In this document: positions 1 to 10,281 of the stretch, in pieces
Position numbering within the stretch: the first letter of the stretch is position 1
How the letters are laid out: each line of letters begins with the position of its first letter
From: Paragordius varius
Taxonomy: Eukaryota > Animalia > Nematomorpha
Assembly (NCBI GenBank): GCA_964247055.1
Contig: OZ176050.1
Coordinates: 13,082,001 to 13,146,000 of the forward strand
Direction: 5' to 3'
DNA length: 64,000 bases
The notes under the pieces: model-generated
What the model was told of the DNA's origin: nothing
What the model saw: only the letters and a program-made list of their open reading frames with translations
The model's database searches: none
Translations under genes and position numbers: made by a program

Positions 1-3000
1 AATTCAAAATATGTAACATATTTTAAATGATGAAGAATTATCTCATTGTTGGAAATATATGGTTGAATGAATTTTAGTTCAAAAATTATCAAATGCTGAA
101 AATACAGGGATTGTATGAAACACCAAAATATTAGGATGTATATATTGATTTTTGAATTTATAAAAATGATTTTTAGGAATATAGGGTATAATGTTGAAAA
201 TATCTAACTGTTTGTATAAAAAGTATGATTGATTGTTGGAAATGTATGGCTGATTGTTGGTAATGTAGGGCTGATTGTTGAAATTTCTGGGAAAGTATGA
301 CTGATTGATGATGTGAATTATTGTTGGAAGGTATCAGTGATTGTTGAAAATGTATGGTTAATTATTTTAAAGTAGAGTTGATAGTTTAAAAGTATGGTTG
401 ATTATGGGAAATATGTATAATTATTGAAATAATGGTTGATTGTTGAAAATGTATGGTTCATTGTTGGATAATAGGTTTGATTGTGGGAAAGTATATGTTG
501 TTGGCTATGCATGGCTGATTTGGGAATGTATGGTTGATTGTTTCAAAGTAGGTTGATAGTTGAAAAGTATGGATGATTGTGGGAAATATGGCTGATTGTT
601 GGGAATCTATGGTTGGAAATGTAAGATTTATGACTGGGAAAGTATAGCAAATTGTTGAAATGTATGGATAATTATTTGAATGTAAGGCTCATTGTTAATA
701 ATGTATAGCTAATTGTTGGAAATGTATGGTTGATAGTTGCGAAAAAATGGCTGATTGTTGGAAATGTATGGTTGATTGTTGGAAATGTATGGTTGATTGT
801 TGAAAATGTTTGATTGTCGGGAAAGTATGAATAAATGTGAAAATTTAAGGTTGATTGTTGGGAAAGTATGGCTGATTGTTGGAAATGTATAGTTGATTGT
901 TTCAAAGTAGGGTTGATATTTGAAAAGTAAGAATGATTGTGGGAAAGTATGGTTGATGGTTTAAAAGTATGGTTGATTGATGGGAAAGTATAACTAATTG
1001 TTGATAATTTCGGGTTGATTGTTGGGGAAGTATGGTGGATGGGTGGAAAGTATGGTTGATTGTTGGGAAAGTATGGTTGATGGTTAGGTATAGTTGATAT
1101 TTGGGAAAGTTTGGCTGATTGTTGAAAATCTATGGCTGATTGTTTGGAAAATACGACTGATTGTTGAAAATGTGTGGTTTATTGTTGGTTAAGTATGATT
1201 GATGGTTGGAAAGTATGGTTGATATTTGGGAAAATTTGGCTGATTGTTGAAAGTTGATTGTTGGGAAAATATGATTAATTGTTGAAAATTTTGGGTTGAT
1301 TGTTGGGAAAGTGTGACAGAATGGCTGATTGTTGAAAATGGGTGGTTGATTGTTGAGAATTTATGGTTGATTGTTGGGAAAGTATGACTGATTGTTGGAA
1401 ATGTGTGGTTGTTGCGAAAGTATGGTAGATGGGTGGAAATGGTTGATGGTTCGGAAGGTATAGCAGATTGTTGAAAATGTGTGGTGGTTTGTTGGGAAAG
1501 TATGGTTGATTGTTGGAAATGTATGACTCATTGTTGAAAATGTGTGGTTGATTGTTAAGAAAGTATGGTGGATGGGTGGAAAGTTTGGTTGATTTTTGGG
1601 AAGGTTTCGCTGATTGTTGAAAATGTGTGGTTGATAGTTCGGAAAGTATGGTTGGTGAAAAGTATGACAGATTGTTGAAAATGTGTGGTTGATTGTTGGG
1701 AAAATATGATAATTATTGATAATTTCGGGTTGATTGTTGAAGAAGTATGGTGGATGGATGGATATGGTTGATTGTTGGGAAAGTATGACTGATTGTTGTA
1801 AATGTGTTGTGGATTGTTGGAAAAGTATATTTGATTGTTAAAAATGTATGGTTGATTGTTGGGAAAGTATGGCTGATTGTTGAAATATGGATAATTATTT
1901 GAATGTAAAGCTCATTGTTGATAATGTATAGCTAATTGTTGGAAATGTATGGTTGATTGTTGGAAAAATTTGACTGATTGTTGAAAATGTGTGGTGAATA
2001 GTTGCGAAAAAATGGCTGATTGTTGAATATGTATGGTTGATTGTTGGAAATGTATGGTTGATTGTCGGGAAAGTATAAATAAATGTGGAAATTTAATGTT
2101 GATTGTTGGGAGAGTATGGCTGATTGTTGGAAATGTATAGTTGATTGTTTCAAAGTAGGGTTGATATTTGAAAAGTAAGAATGATTGTGGGAAAGTATGG
2201 CTGATTGTTGGTAATGCATTGGTGATTTTTGGAAATGTATGGTTGATTGTTGGGAAAGTATGGCTGATTGTTGAAAATGTGTGGTTGATTGTTAGGAAAG
2301 TATGAGTAATTGTTGAATTATGGTTGATTGTTGGGAAAGTATGGTGGATGTGTGGAAAGTATGGCTGATTGTAAGGAAAGTATTACTGATTGTTGAAAAT
2401 GTATGGTTGATTGTTGGGAGTATGGTTGATGGTTGGAAAGTATGGTTTATATTTGGGAATGTTTGGCTGATTGTTAAAAATGGTGGTTGATTGTTGTGAA
2501 ATTATGGTGTATGGTTTAAAGTTATGGTTGATTGTTGGGAAAGTATGACTGATTGTTGAAAATGTGTGGTTGATTCTTGGGAAAGTATGGTGGATGGGTA
2601 GAAAGTATGGGTGATTGTTGGGAAGGTATGGCTGATTGTTGAAAACGTGTGGTTGATTGTTGGGAAAGTATGACTAATTGTTGAATTATGGTTGATTGTT
2701 GGGAAAGTATGGTGGATGGGTGGAAAGTATGATTGATTGTTGAAAATGTGTGGTTGATTGTTAGGAAAATATGGTTAATTGTTGGGAAGGTATAACTGAT
2801 TGTTAAAATTTCCGGTTGATTGTTGTTAAAGTATGGTTGAATGTTGAAAATTTATGGTTGATTATTATGAAAGTATGGTTGGGAAACGGTTGATTGTTGG
2901 GAAAGTATGTCTGATTCTTAAAAATCTATGGTTGATTGTTAGAAAATATGGTTAATTGTTGGGAAGGTATGACTGATTGTTAAAATTTGCGGAGGATTGT

Positions 3001-3170
3001 TGGGACAGTATGGTTGATAATTGGAAATCTATGGTTGATTGTTGGTAGAATATGACGATTGTTGAAAATGTGTGATTGATTGTTGGGAAAGTATGGTTGA
3101 TTGTTGAAAATGTGTGGTTGATTGTTGGGAAAGTATGGTTGATGGTGGAAAGTAAGGTTCATGTGGGTGA
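1..3170. repeat. G/T-rich minisatellite, ~21-bp degenerate unit (GTTGATTGTTGGGAAAGTATG / GTTGATTGTTGAAAATGTGTG)
   Basis: Unit visibly repeated throughout; most degenerate in the first ~300 bp. Block ~665-950 recurs at ~1890-2200 (higher-order duplication). May extend left of the window. Confidence 0.95.
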
Positions 3171-3960
3171 TTGTCGGAAATATCTCAAACATCAGAAATC
3201 GTAACCATATTACTTGATCAAGGTTATAAAAAGCATTGGATAACAGATTCAATAAACAATATATTAAACCCAAGAGAAAAACAAAATCCGCCCGAAAAAT
3301 GTATTTGCCTGACTTATAACAATACATCCAAAAAAGTTAACAATATTATTACAAAAAAGGATGTACGTGTTTATTACAAACCACCAAAGAATTTATTAAG
3401 TTTGTTAAGACCACGCCGAGAACCAAAAAACGAATGTACAGTCTACCACAAAAGATGTAATGATTGTCCAGCACACTATATTGGACAATCTAAACGCCCT
3501 ATAAATATTAGAGAAAAAGAACACAACAGAAAAGGTTCGGCCATCTACGACCATTGCAACAATACAGGTCACACCTTCGGCCCAGCATCCATTGTAGCAC
3601 AAGCCGATAAATTGTCCGATAGGTTGATTTTGGAGGCTTGTTTTATCCATTCAAACAGTATACACCTCATCAACAGAAGAGAAGAAAGGAAAGATCTTAA
3701 CAAAGTCACAAAAGACTTCCTAAAAGAAACAGACTATTTCAAAATATTTACCACACCAAAGAAAAAACAATAACACATGCACACCACTTTGCATTTTTAT
3801 GTTACTATAATTTATAATTATATTTTTCAAATTTTGTTTTAATTAATCTTATTATTATTTTCTTTTATTTTAGTTAATCCATTGAAAAAGATACTCTCAT
3901 GTATCGAAAATTTTGGATATAGTTTGAATTCAATAAATTTTACGAGAATACAAATTATTA
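3171..3960 (+). mobile_element. 5'-truncated Penelope-like retroelement (GIY-YIG endonuclease end plus AT-rich 3' region)
   Basis: ORF 3171-3773 has TVY..CNDC..HYIGQSKR...REKEH...IYDHC..TGH...DRLILEA, the GIY-YIG domain with CCHH motif typical of PLEs. The TTG start is a truncation junction, not a true start. No RT domain present. Confidence 0.85.
3877..3918 (+). ncRNA. Minimal type-I hammerhead ribozyme-like motif (U3-A8 core variant) in the PLE 3' region
   Basis: ATCCA-TTGAAAAA-GATAC(tctcat)GTATC-GAAAATTT-TGGAT: stem I ATCCA/TGGAT, stem II GATAC/GTATC, GAAA, palindromic AATT stem III. Confidence 0.55.
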
Positions 3961-4200
3961 TTTTAACAATGACTGAATCTTGGGAAAAATTACTAAAAAT
4001 GTATGTTTGATTGTTGGCATATGGTTAATTGTTGGAAATGTATGGATTGTTATAATATGGTTAATTTTTGGAAATGTATACATGACTGTTAGAAATAAAT
4101 GCTGAATTTTGGAAATGTATGGTTAATTGTTGGCAACAACAAAATATGACAAATGACTTATTTTGATTTTGGAATTATATGGATGATTGTTGAAAACCTA
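3961..4200. repeat. Degenerate continuation of the 21-bp minisatellite
   Basis: Units such as ATGGTTAATTGTTGGAAATGTATGG resume after the PLE fragment. Confidence 0.7.
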
Positions 4201-4723
4201 TCAGAAAAACATTGATTCTGTGCATATGAAATCAAATTTTTCAGTGGAAGATGCCATCTTTAAGTTTTGGAATCCAATATGATTGAATATGTTATATATT
4301 TTTCAATTTTAAATGTTAAATTTTTGTGTGAATTAATTTGAAACGTAATAAAATAGGAACCTTCAAGCGGACATTCAATTATTTTCTGCATTTAATGCAA
4401 AGAACCTTGTCTGAAATAATACCAATCAAAAATAAATAAAAGATAAAGGCTAAGCATTTTGGAATAGAAGACATGTCTCCCAAAATATTGCATATATCCA
4501 ACTTTTTTTATTTTGTCAACGGTCGTACATTGACTATTAAAATTCAATAAATTATTAATCTTATATATATGAACATCAAATATACAATATTGAGTAATAT
4601 TTATTTAATATTTTTTGAAGATTATTTATAGAAACGAAATATTTACAATTCAATAAAATATTGAAAAATTCCAATTAATTCAATCAATATATTCATTAAT
4701 GTGGGCCACATTAGTCAAAAAAT

Positions 4724-5416
4724 CTAGCTATTTGGTTTCCATCTATAGATAATAGGAAAAAGTTTATCGCCACACTCCACATCATCTGGTGTGATATTAA
4801 AATATTCCTTTTTCCAGATGCAAACTTTAGCTTTAAGTTCATCAATTATCAGATTAAGGAGTTCAGAAGATCCAGTTCGACGGGGAGTAGAAACAGCTAC
4901 TAATATACTAGGTTCATTTTTATCTGTGTACACATCACCTATTCTATGTACAAGTGCGACATTACATACATTGTTGGTATGTAAATTATCCGCAACTTTA
5001 TAGTTATCATATAATTTTTGAGCATTTTTAGCAATATCATACATTTGTTTAAGAGCCATTGGCACATAAGCTTCATAATACAGACGAAAACATGTCCAAT
5101 TTCTCATATTTCTATTCGGAATTATGTACCTATTTATCATATCTTTTATATGTGTACAATTAATATTAGACATGTTGGATGTTTCATTGCAACAAGGGCA
5201 AATAATGTTATTTTTGATAGATATTTGAGATGTGGATATTACATCCGCCCTCGGATAGCCCAAAAACACAAATTGCGCACCACACGTAGGTGTGTTAAGT
5301 AATGCCAAAGTTTGATTAACATTAATAGGGTGAGAGGTTAATTTGATATAAATGTTATCTTTAAAAATTAAATCTTCGCTCTGACAATCGTCATTCATCA
5401 TCTTCATTATGTTCAT
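4724..5416 (-). CDS. MOCS2B: Molybdopterin synthase catalytic subunit (MOCS2B/MoaE family), intronless
   Basis: 230-aa ORF with CGAQFVFLG, LYYEAYVPMALKQM, HRIG, IIDELKAKVCIWKKEYF motifs. The start could be any of the ATGs at 5416, 5407, 5401 or 5398. Confidence 0.92.
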   Translation of the reverse strand: MNIMKMMNDDCQSEDLIFKDNIYIKLTSHPINVNQTLALLNTPTCGAQFVFLGYPRADVISTSQISIKNNIICPCCNETSNMSNINCTHIKDMINRYIIPNRNMRNWTCFRLYYEAYVPMALKQMYDIAKNAQKLYDNYKVADNLHTNNVCNVALVHRIGDVYTDKNEPSILVAVSTPRRTGSSELLNLIIDELKAKVCIWKKEYFNITPDDVECGDKLFPIIYRWKPNS

Positions 5417-6068
5417 CCACTAAATGATTCAAACTAATTTGATTTCCAGGTTTATTAAATGGAGTAACCTTATTCTCAAGTGTATTAGGTTCATTTATTT
5501 CAGTTTCCTCGGATAATAAAATACTAGAGGGTATAATTTTATTTTGTCGTCTGCTGCTACTTGTATATGAGCCTTTCTTAAAAATGATCGGCTTTTTAGC
5601 ATTGTTATTAGGGAAATCTTTTATAATGTTATCAAAATCATCAATAACGGAATCTATTTGTTTTTCCCGCAAACTTTGAATCAAAGCATTAGCCGCTCTG
5701 GTATTTTGCTCATTACTCATTTCATCAATGTTGGATAAATCATATTTGACGCTAATGGATTTAGATACGGAATAGTTAATTATGTCTTCAGTTATGGCGG
5801 CCTCATCAACATAATGATTCTCTTGTGAATTTAACACATTTTCTGTTTCTATGGTATCTTCATCAGGTTGTTTACGTTTTTTAAGTATGGGTTTGAGATT
5901 TACATTGGGTTCGGATGTTAATATGGCTGGTATTTCTATTTCATCATCACTCAAAAATTCTTTATCAAGGGTATTTTTGCTAAGATTTTCATTAATAAGA
6001 TTTCCAAAAATATTATGGCAACGGTTTGTAAAAGCTTCTTTATCCCAAACATTGGAAGTTGAATCCAT
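5391..6068 (-). CDS. TSSC4: TSSC4-like U5 snRNP chaperone, intronless
   Basis: 225-aa, largely low-complexity ORF with FTNRCHNIFGNL, VKYDLSNIDEMSNEQNTRAANALI and a C-terminal LNHL+acidic tail. These resemble recalled TSSC4 motifs ([36 protein letters not shown]). Confidence 0.7.
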   Translation of the reverse strand: MDSTSNVWDKEAFTNRCHNIFGNLINENLSKNTLDKEFLSDDEIEIPAILTSEPNVNLKPILKKRKQPDEDTIETENVLNSQENHYVDEAAITEDIINYSVSKSISVKYDLSNIDEMSNEQNTRAANALIQSLREKQIDSVIDDFDNIIKDFPNNNAKKPIIFKKGSYTSSSRRQNKIIPSSILLSEETEINEPNTLENKVTPFNKPGNQISLNHLVDEHNEDDE

Positions 6069-6078
6069 AATTTATTAA

Positions 6079-6369
6079 CTATCCACCACCGACTGGAGGT
6101 ATTAATGCGATTTCATCATTATCGGATATGGTGAACAAATTATCGGTGTGAGATTCCAAGTAATTTTGATTGTGCACAATTAGAAATGTGTAATCAGACA
6201 AACACGGAAAATTTGCGTATAAAATTGATTTTAATTCAGCTAAAAATTACTAATTTTAGGTACTATATCGTATCCGTGAAGGTATTGTTAATTCTAACCC
6301 ACTCCCAATAATTTCTTTGATGTTTGCAAAAGTTAAAATATTAACATGAACAAATTTAACATCTGACAT
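6079..6369 (-). CDS. MOCS2A: Molybdopterin synthase sulfur carrier subunit (MOCS2A/MoaD), 2 exons; absent from the ORF track
   Basis: Exons 6369-6264 and 6239-6079 around a 24-nt GT-AG intron containing three in-frame stops. Product (88 aa): MSDVKFVHVNILTFANIKEIIGSGLELTIPSRIRYTELKSILYANFPCLSDYTFLIVHNQNYLESHTDNLFTISDNDEIALIPPVGGG*, ending in the diagnostic EIALIPPV-GG. Confidence 0.88.
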
Positions 6370-6425
6370 ATATATGTGGTGCGTTTTTAAGTTAGTCAGT
6401 TATACGTACCTGTAAAAAGGTAACA

Positions 6426-6687
6426 ATGCCGGTATTTTTTGATTTTAAATATTTAGGTTTACAAATTTAAGGTAGATATGACATGTCAAGGATGTGTTAA
6501 TCCGATTCGGAATGTTTTGTTAAAGCTTGAAAGTAAATTCATAATTACATTATAATCGTAAGATATTAAGGAACAAGATATTCAAATCAATTTAAACGAC
6601 AAAACTGTTACGGTTAAAACTGATCTTTCACAGGATGTTGTGCGCAATCAAATCGCAAAAACAGGGAAAACACCCATATCTCTATGA
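6426..6687 (+). CDS. ATOX1: Copper chaperone ATOX1 (HMA domain), 3 exons; absent from the ORF track
   Basis: Exons 6426-6431, 6457-6532, 6563-6687; introns of 25 and 30 nt. Product MPVYKFKVDMTCQGCVNPIRNVLLKLENIKEQDIQINLNDKTVTVKTDLSQDVVRNQIAKTGKTPISL* with MTCxxC and KTGK motifs. Confidence 0.92.
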
Positions 6688-6775
6688 AAATATCTCAATG
6701 TTTCTTATAATATCGGCATTATTACAATACACCAAAATAGCAAATAAATTATTAATTTATTTATAAATCTTAATT

Positions 6776-9700
6776 TTATTTTTGTTTTGTATCTTGGTTA
6801 TTTGTGGCCATATTTATGGGAACCGAAATAATTCCATCTGATATATCCGTCATTCTAGGGAAGGATATTTTCTTGGATATCAAATCAGTTTGACACCATA
6901 ATAAAAATTTAAGGATGTGACTCAAACTAGATTCTTCTTTGTCGTAATGTGAAAATTGGGCTGGCGTTGAATTTGAGGCTATTAAGTTTATATAAAATCT
7001 TAAAAAATATTCAAAGTTCATAAAACTCACTGTTTTTATAATATTAATTTTAGGAGATATGTTTAAACTTGTTAAAAATAAAAATATTTGCCTAATTTCT
7101 TAATAGGTCATTTTTAAGATAATTATTTATTTTAACCATTACAATATGAGAAAAAACTTTTAAATATCTCAATAATTATATTGATCAAATATTAAAAATT
7201 GAAAATATTAAAACATAAAAACTAAAGGATAAAATTGTTTTATAAGTACAGCCATAATTTTTAACCCATTTATTATAAAATGTATAATTGAGTCTTTAAC
7301 CAATTTACATCTTTATTCCATATTTTGCAACCGAAACATTTGGTTATTCTAAAATAAATCGAGGTTTAAAGGAAGTAGTTGTCTTTATACAATATTTGTT
7401 TCATTTAGTTTTGATAAGTTTTATATATGTAATTTTAGCTTAAAAAAAATTTTTAATATAAAAAATACCGGAATTTTGAATAGCAGTATTTAGGGTTGTG
7501 TTTGGGATTAAGGGTGCCGTTGATTCAAGCAAGGGGGTAGGCGGTGTTTCAAAACTCGAAATCGCATGTACAATGTTACTTGCAATCTGGGAATAGAATG
7601 GAAATTTTAAAATATTTTTAACAATAAAATATTGTTAAAATGGCTGTTATTCCAATTAAATTTATTTCATCTTAGATTGGACAGTATTATCATTTAAAGT
7701 TTTTTTGAAAAATAATAAAGAAGATACTTGTCCTAAAATTAATATAATTAAGCATTACGTGTGTGTATGAAATGTTTAATGACATTTTTGACTTATTAGT
7801 AGCGTTTATTATTTCCGAATTCGTTTGAAAACATATCAAAGAAAAATGGAAATTCAAAAAAGTTAACATTATATATACATAATGTCTAAGCCTAAATGGA
7901 GTTCACTACGAATATTTGCAATATAATGTTATAAATAAGTTCTAATAATTATTATGTCTTAAATTTACAATCTTATAAGATATACCATAAATAAAGGGTT
8001 CGATTGAAAACACCAACCGATTTTATCGTGAATATTCCTCTATATTATCAAATTATATTTCTATTCATTCTAAATCGAATGAAATCAAATACTCATGTTT
8101 TACAGTACTTATACAATCATTCCTTAGATTTTAAGTTAAAGGAATGCTATATGGCCTTAACAATCTTTTATACTTTTTTAACGTAATGTTTTAATAAAAT
8201 ATGTAATACAGTTTAACACTCGGGTGGATATATTTTTTGTTTTTGTATTAACACTGTCAACCATAGATAGCAAATATTTTTTAAAAATAAAAAATATAGC
8301 AAAATGATTATGTCTTTGATTGTGTTCCTTTTTTTATTATTAGGGTAAAATAGATAATCTATTAGTAATTTAAATACTTCTTATCATTTGAAAACATTTT
8401 TTTACCATTTCTCCTACATCTGTTAAAGGCTATCAAAAACAAATCTTATAAATCATTTAATATAGGAATGTTTTATTATTGCAATTATAATACAGCCAAA
8501 ATTGATGAATGATTTAATTAGAGTAAGTTTTCGATTACTACAAGTAATCTATCTTTGTCAAACGTAAAAAACAAAATTAAAAACAAAAGATAAAAACTTT
8601 TTGTCTATGATTATGGTGCAACAATTGACCAAAGGGACATTTGTCTGGATCATCGAAAGCCATGAGAGCCAACGTTTTTTCCACCTGATCCATCATATGG
8701 GCATTGAGTTCGCCATATTCAGCCAAATTATTTTGGGCAAATAGAAGGGCTTCCTCAATCTTACGATTCCGGATTAATTCAATCAATTGTTGTTGCTAAA
8801 AAATGGATGAAAAACAATTACGATATTTTTTAAACTTAAATGTAAAATTGTAACTAACATGCCGACTTTTAGTTGGGATTTGTTTTAAAAGAAACTCTGA
8901 TTTTTACTTTAAACTTTACTGTATATAGCTAATTTAATGATCTGTTGCGAAAATTTTATAACTTAGTCTACAATATTAAAACATCAATAATTTATAACCA
9001 ATCCAATCTTTCAAAATGACAAAAATATTAAAAAAGAGGTATTCACTTGTAATTCAAAATAGAGATTTCGATGGTTATCAAACAGTTCAGGGTAATGTTC
9101 ATTTATCCATTCCACAGCCTGTGGAATATTACCAGATTCAATAAGAGTGCGTATTTCTAATTTCTCTTCCAAACATTTTATATCAACGTCTGGTACAAGT
9201 CCGGATTCTTCAACAAAAGATTCGGCTGCATCTTTGTAACCCTCTGAAATGAAATAATAAATTTAATTTGAGTTTTAGGTGTGATAAATTAATTGCTATA
9301 AACGATGGGTGTCTAACATGCCGCAAAAATTTAATTGTTATATACAGAATCAAAATTCTAACTCTACAAAAATATTTTTTATCAAACATAATTAAATTCA
9401 AATTTAAAATTAATACTATTATTAATATTCCCTTTGAAATATTATTTTGAATATTATACTTATTCTCAAAAATTGGCTTTACATCATTGATTGTTAGATA
9501 AATGGTCATTTAGTTTGGTTGTTAAATAATTATTATCACATTTTATCCTTTCATTGGATATAAAGTAATATGGGTTTTAAAGGGCAAAAATTGATATTTG
9601 CAAGATATTTAGACAAAAATGCGGCCCTCTAAGCCATTTATGTTGGTGATCCCTATTATAAACTACATTAAACTAACAATTAAAATACAAGTCCCTTTTT

Positions 9701-10207
9701 ACGGCTAAATTTTCTATCTAAAATCACGGAATCAAATAGTACCGATTACAATTCAAGGAAATATTTGATGGTGTCGTATATTTAGATTGATTTTTGTAAA
9801 TTAACTTTTTTTGGAGTTTATGGAAAAGTAGATAATACAACCATGTATATTTTTTGTAAAACGATCACATATCTTCTAATTTCGATAAAAAACGAAATAT
9901 TGGAAATTAAGAACGGAATGTGAACCTAACATAAACTTTAAAATGTCTTTAGAAAACTAAATATATATGCAAAAAATTTATATTATTGATATCAACTTAT
10001 TAGGTGTAGATAAAAAATCAAAAAATTATTGGTCCTTTAATTTTTATACATAAGCTAATTACCTTTAATAAAATAATCCATGATAAGTTTATTCATATCT
10101 TTCCGCAAAATTTTGTAATCTTTCATGATGGATTGAACCCATTCCTCCCCATTTATATCATCGGATGATTTGTCTTTGGTTTGAACTACTGATGTAGGAA
10201 CGCTCAT
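6776..10207 (-). CDS. GID8: Glucose-induced degradation protein 8 homolog (GID8/TWA1; LisH-CTLH-CRA), 5 exons
   Basis: Exons 10207-10063, 9243-9047, 8795-8598, 7586-7469, 6978-6776; all GT-AG and phase-compatible. Motifs DMNKLIMDYFIKEGYKDAAE, LYFELQQQQLIELIR, TLALMAFDDPDKCPFG, LKFLLWCQ..FPRMTDIS. Confidence 0.92.
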
Positions 10208-10281
10208 ATGACGGATTAAAAATCCGATGTTTGATTGAATGTACCCTTATTCAGTTGTTTTGCGATTTTGAATTTTTTTAC

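Noticed and set aside
1-3170. CRISPR array or canonical telomere
   Set aside because: No unique spacers, units are degenerate and contiguous, the context is eukaryotic, and the unit is not a short perfect telomeric repeat.
672-3327. Minus-strand Q/N/P-rich ORFs (672-905, 1932-2219, 2980-3327) resembling prion-like or gliadin-like repeats
   Set aside because: They arise from the 21-bp (7-codon) satellite period and its strand bias; frames are interrupted by stops and show no gene structure.
7870-7915. Candidate GID8 micro-exon (IRSELHL)
   Set aside because: No AG acceptor and only a GC donor; exon 7586-7469 fits with canonical sites and better homology.
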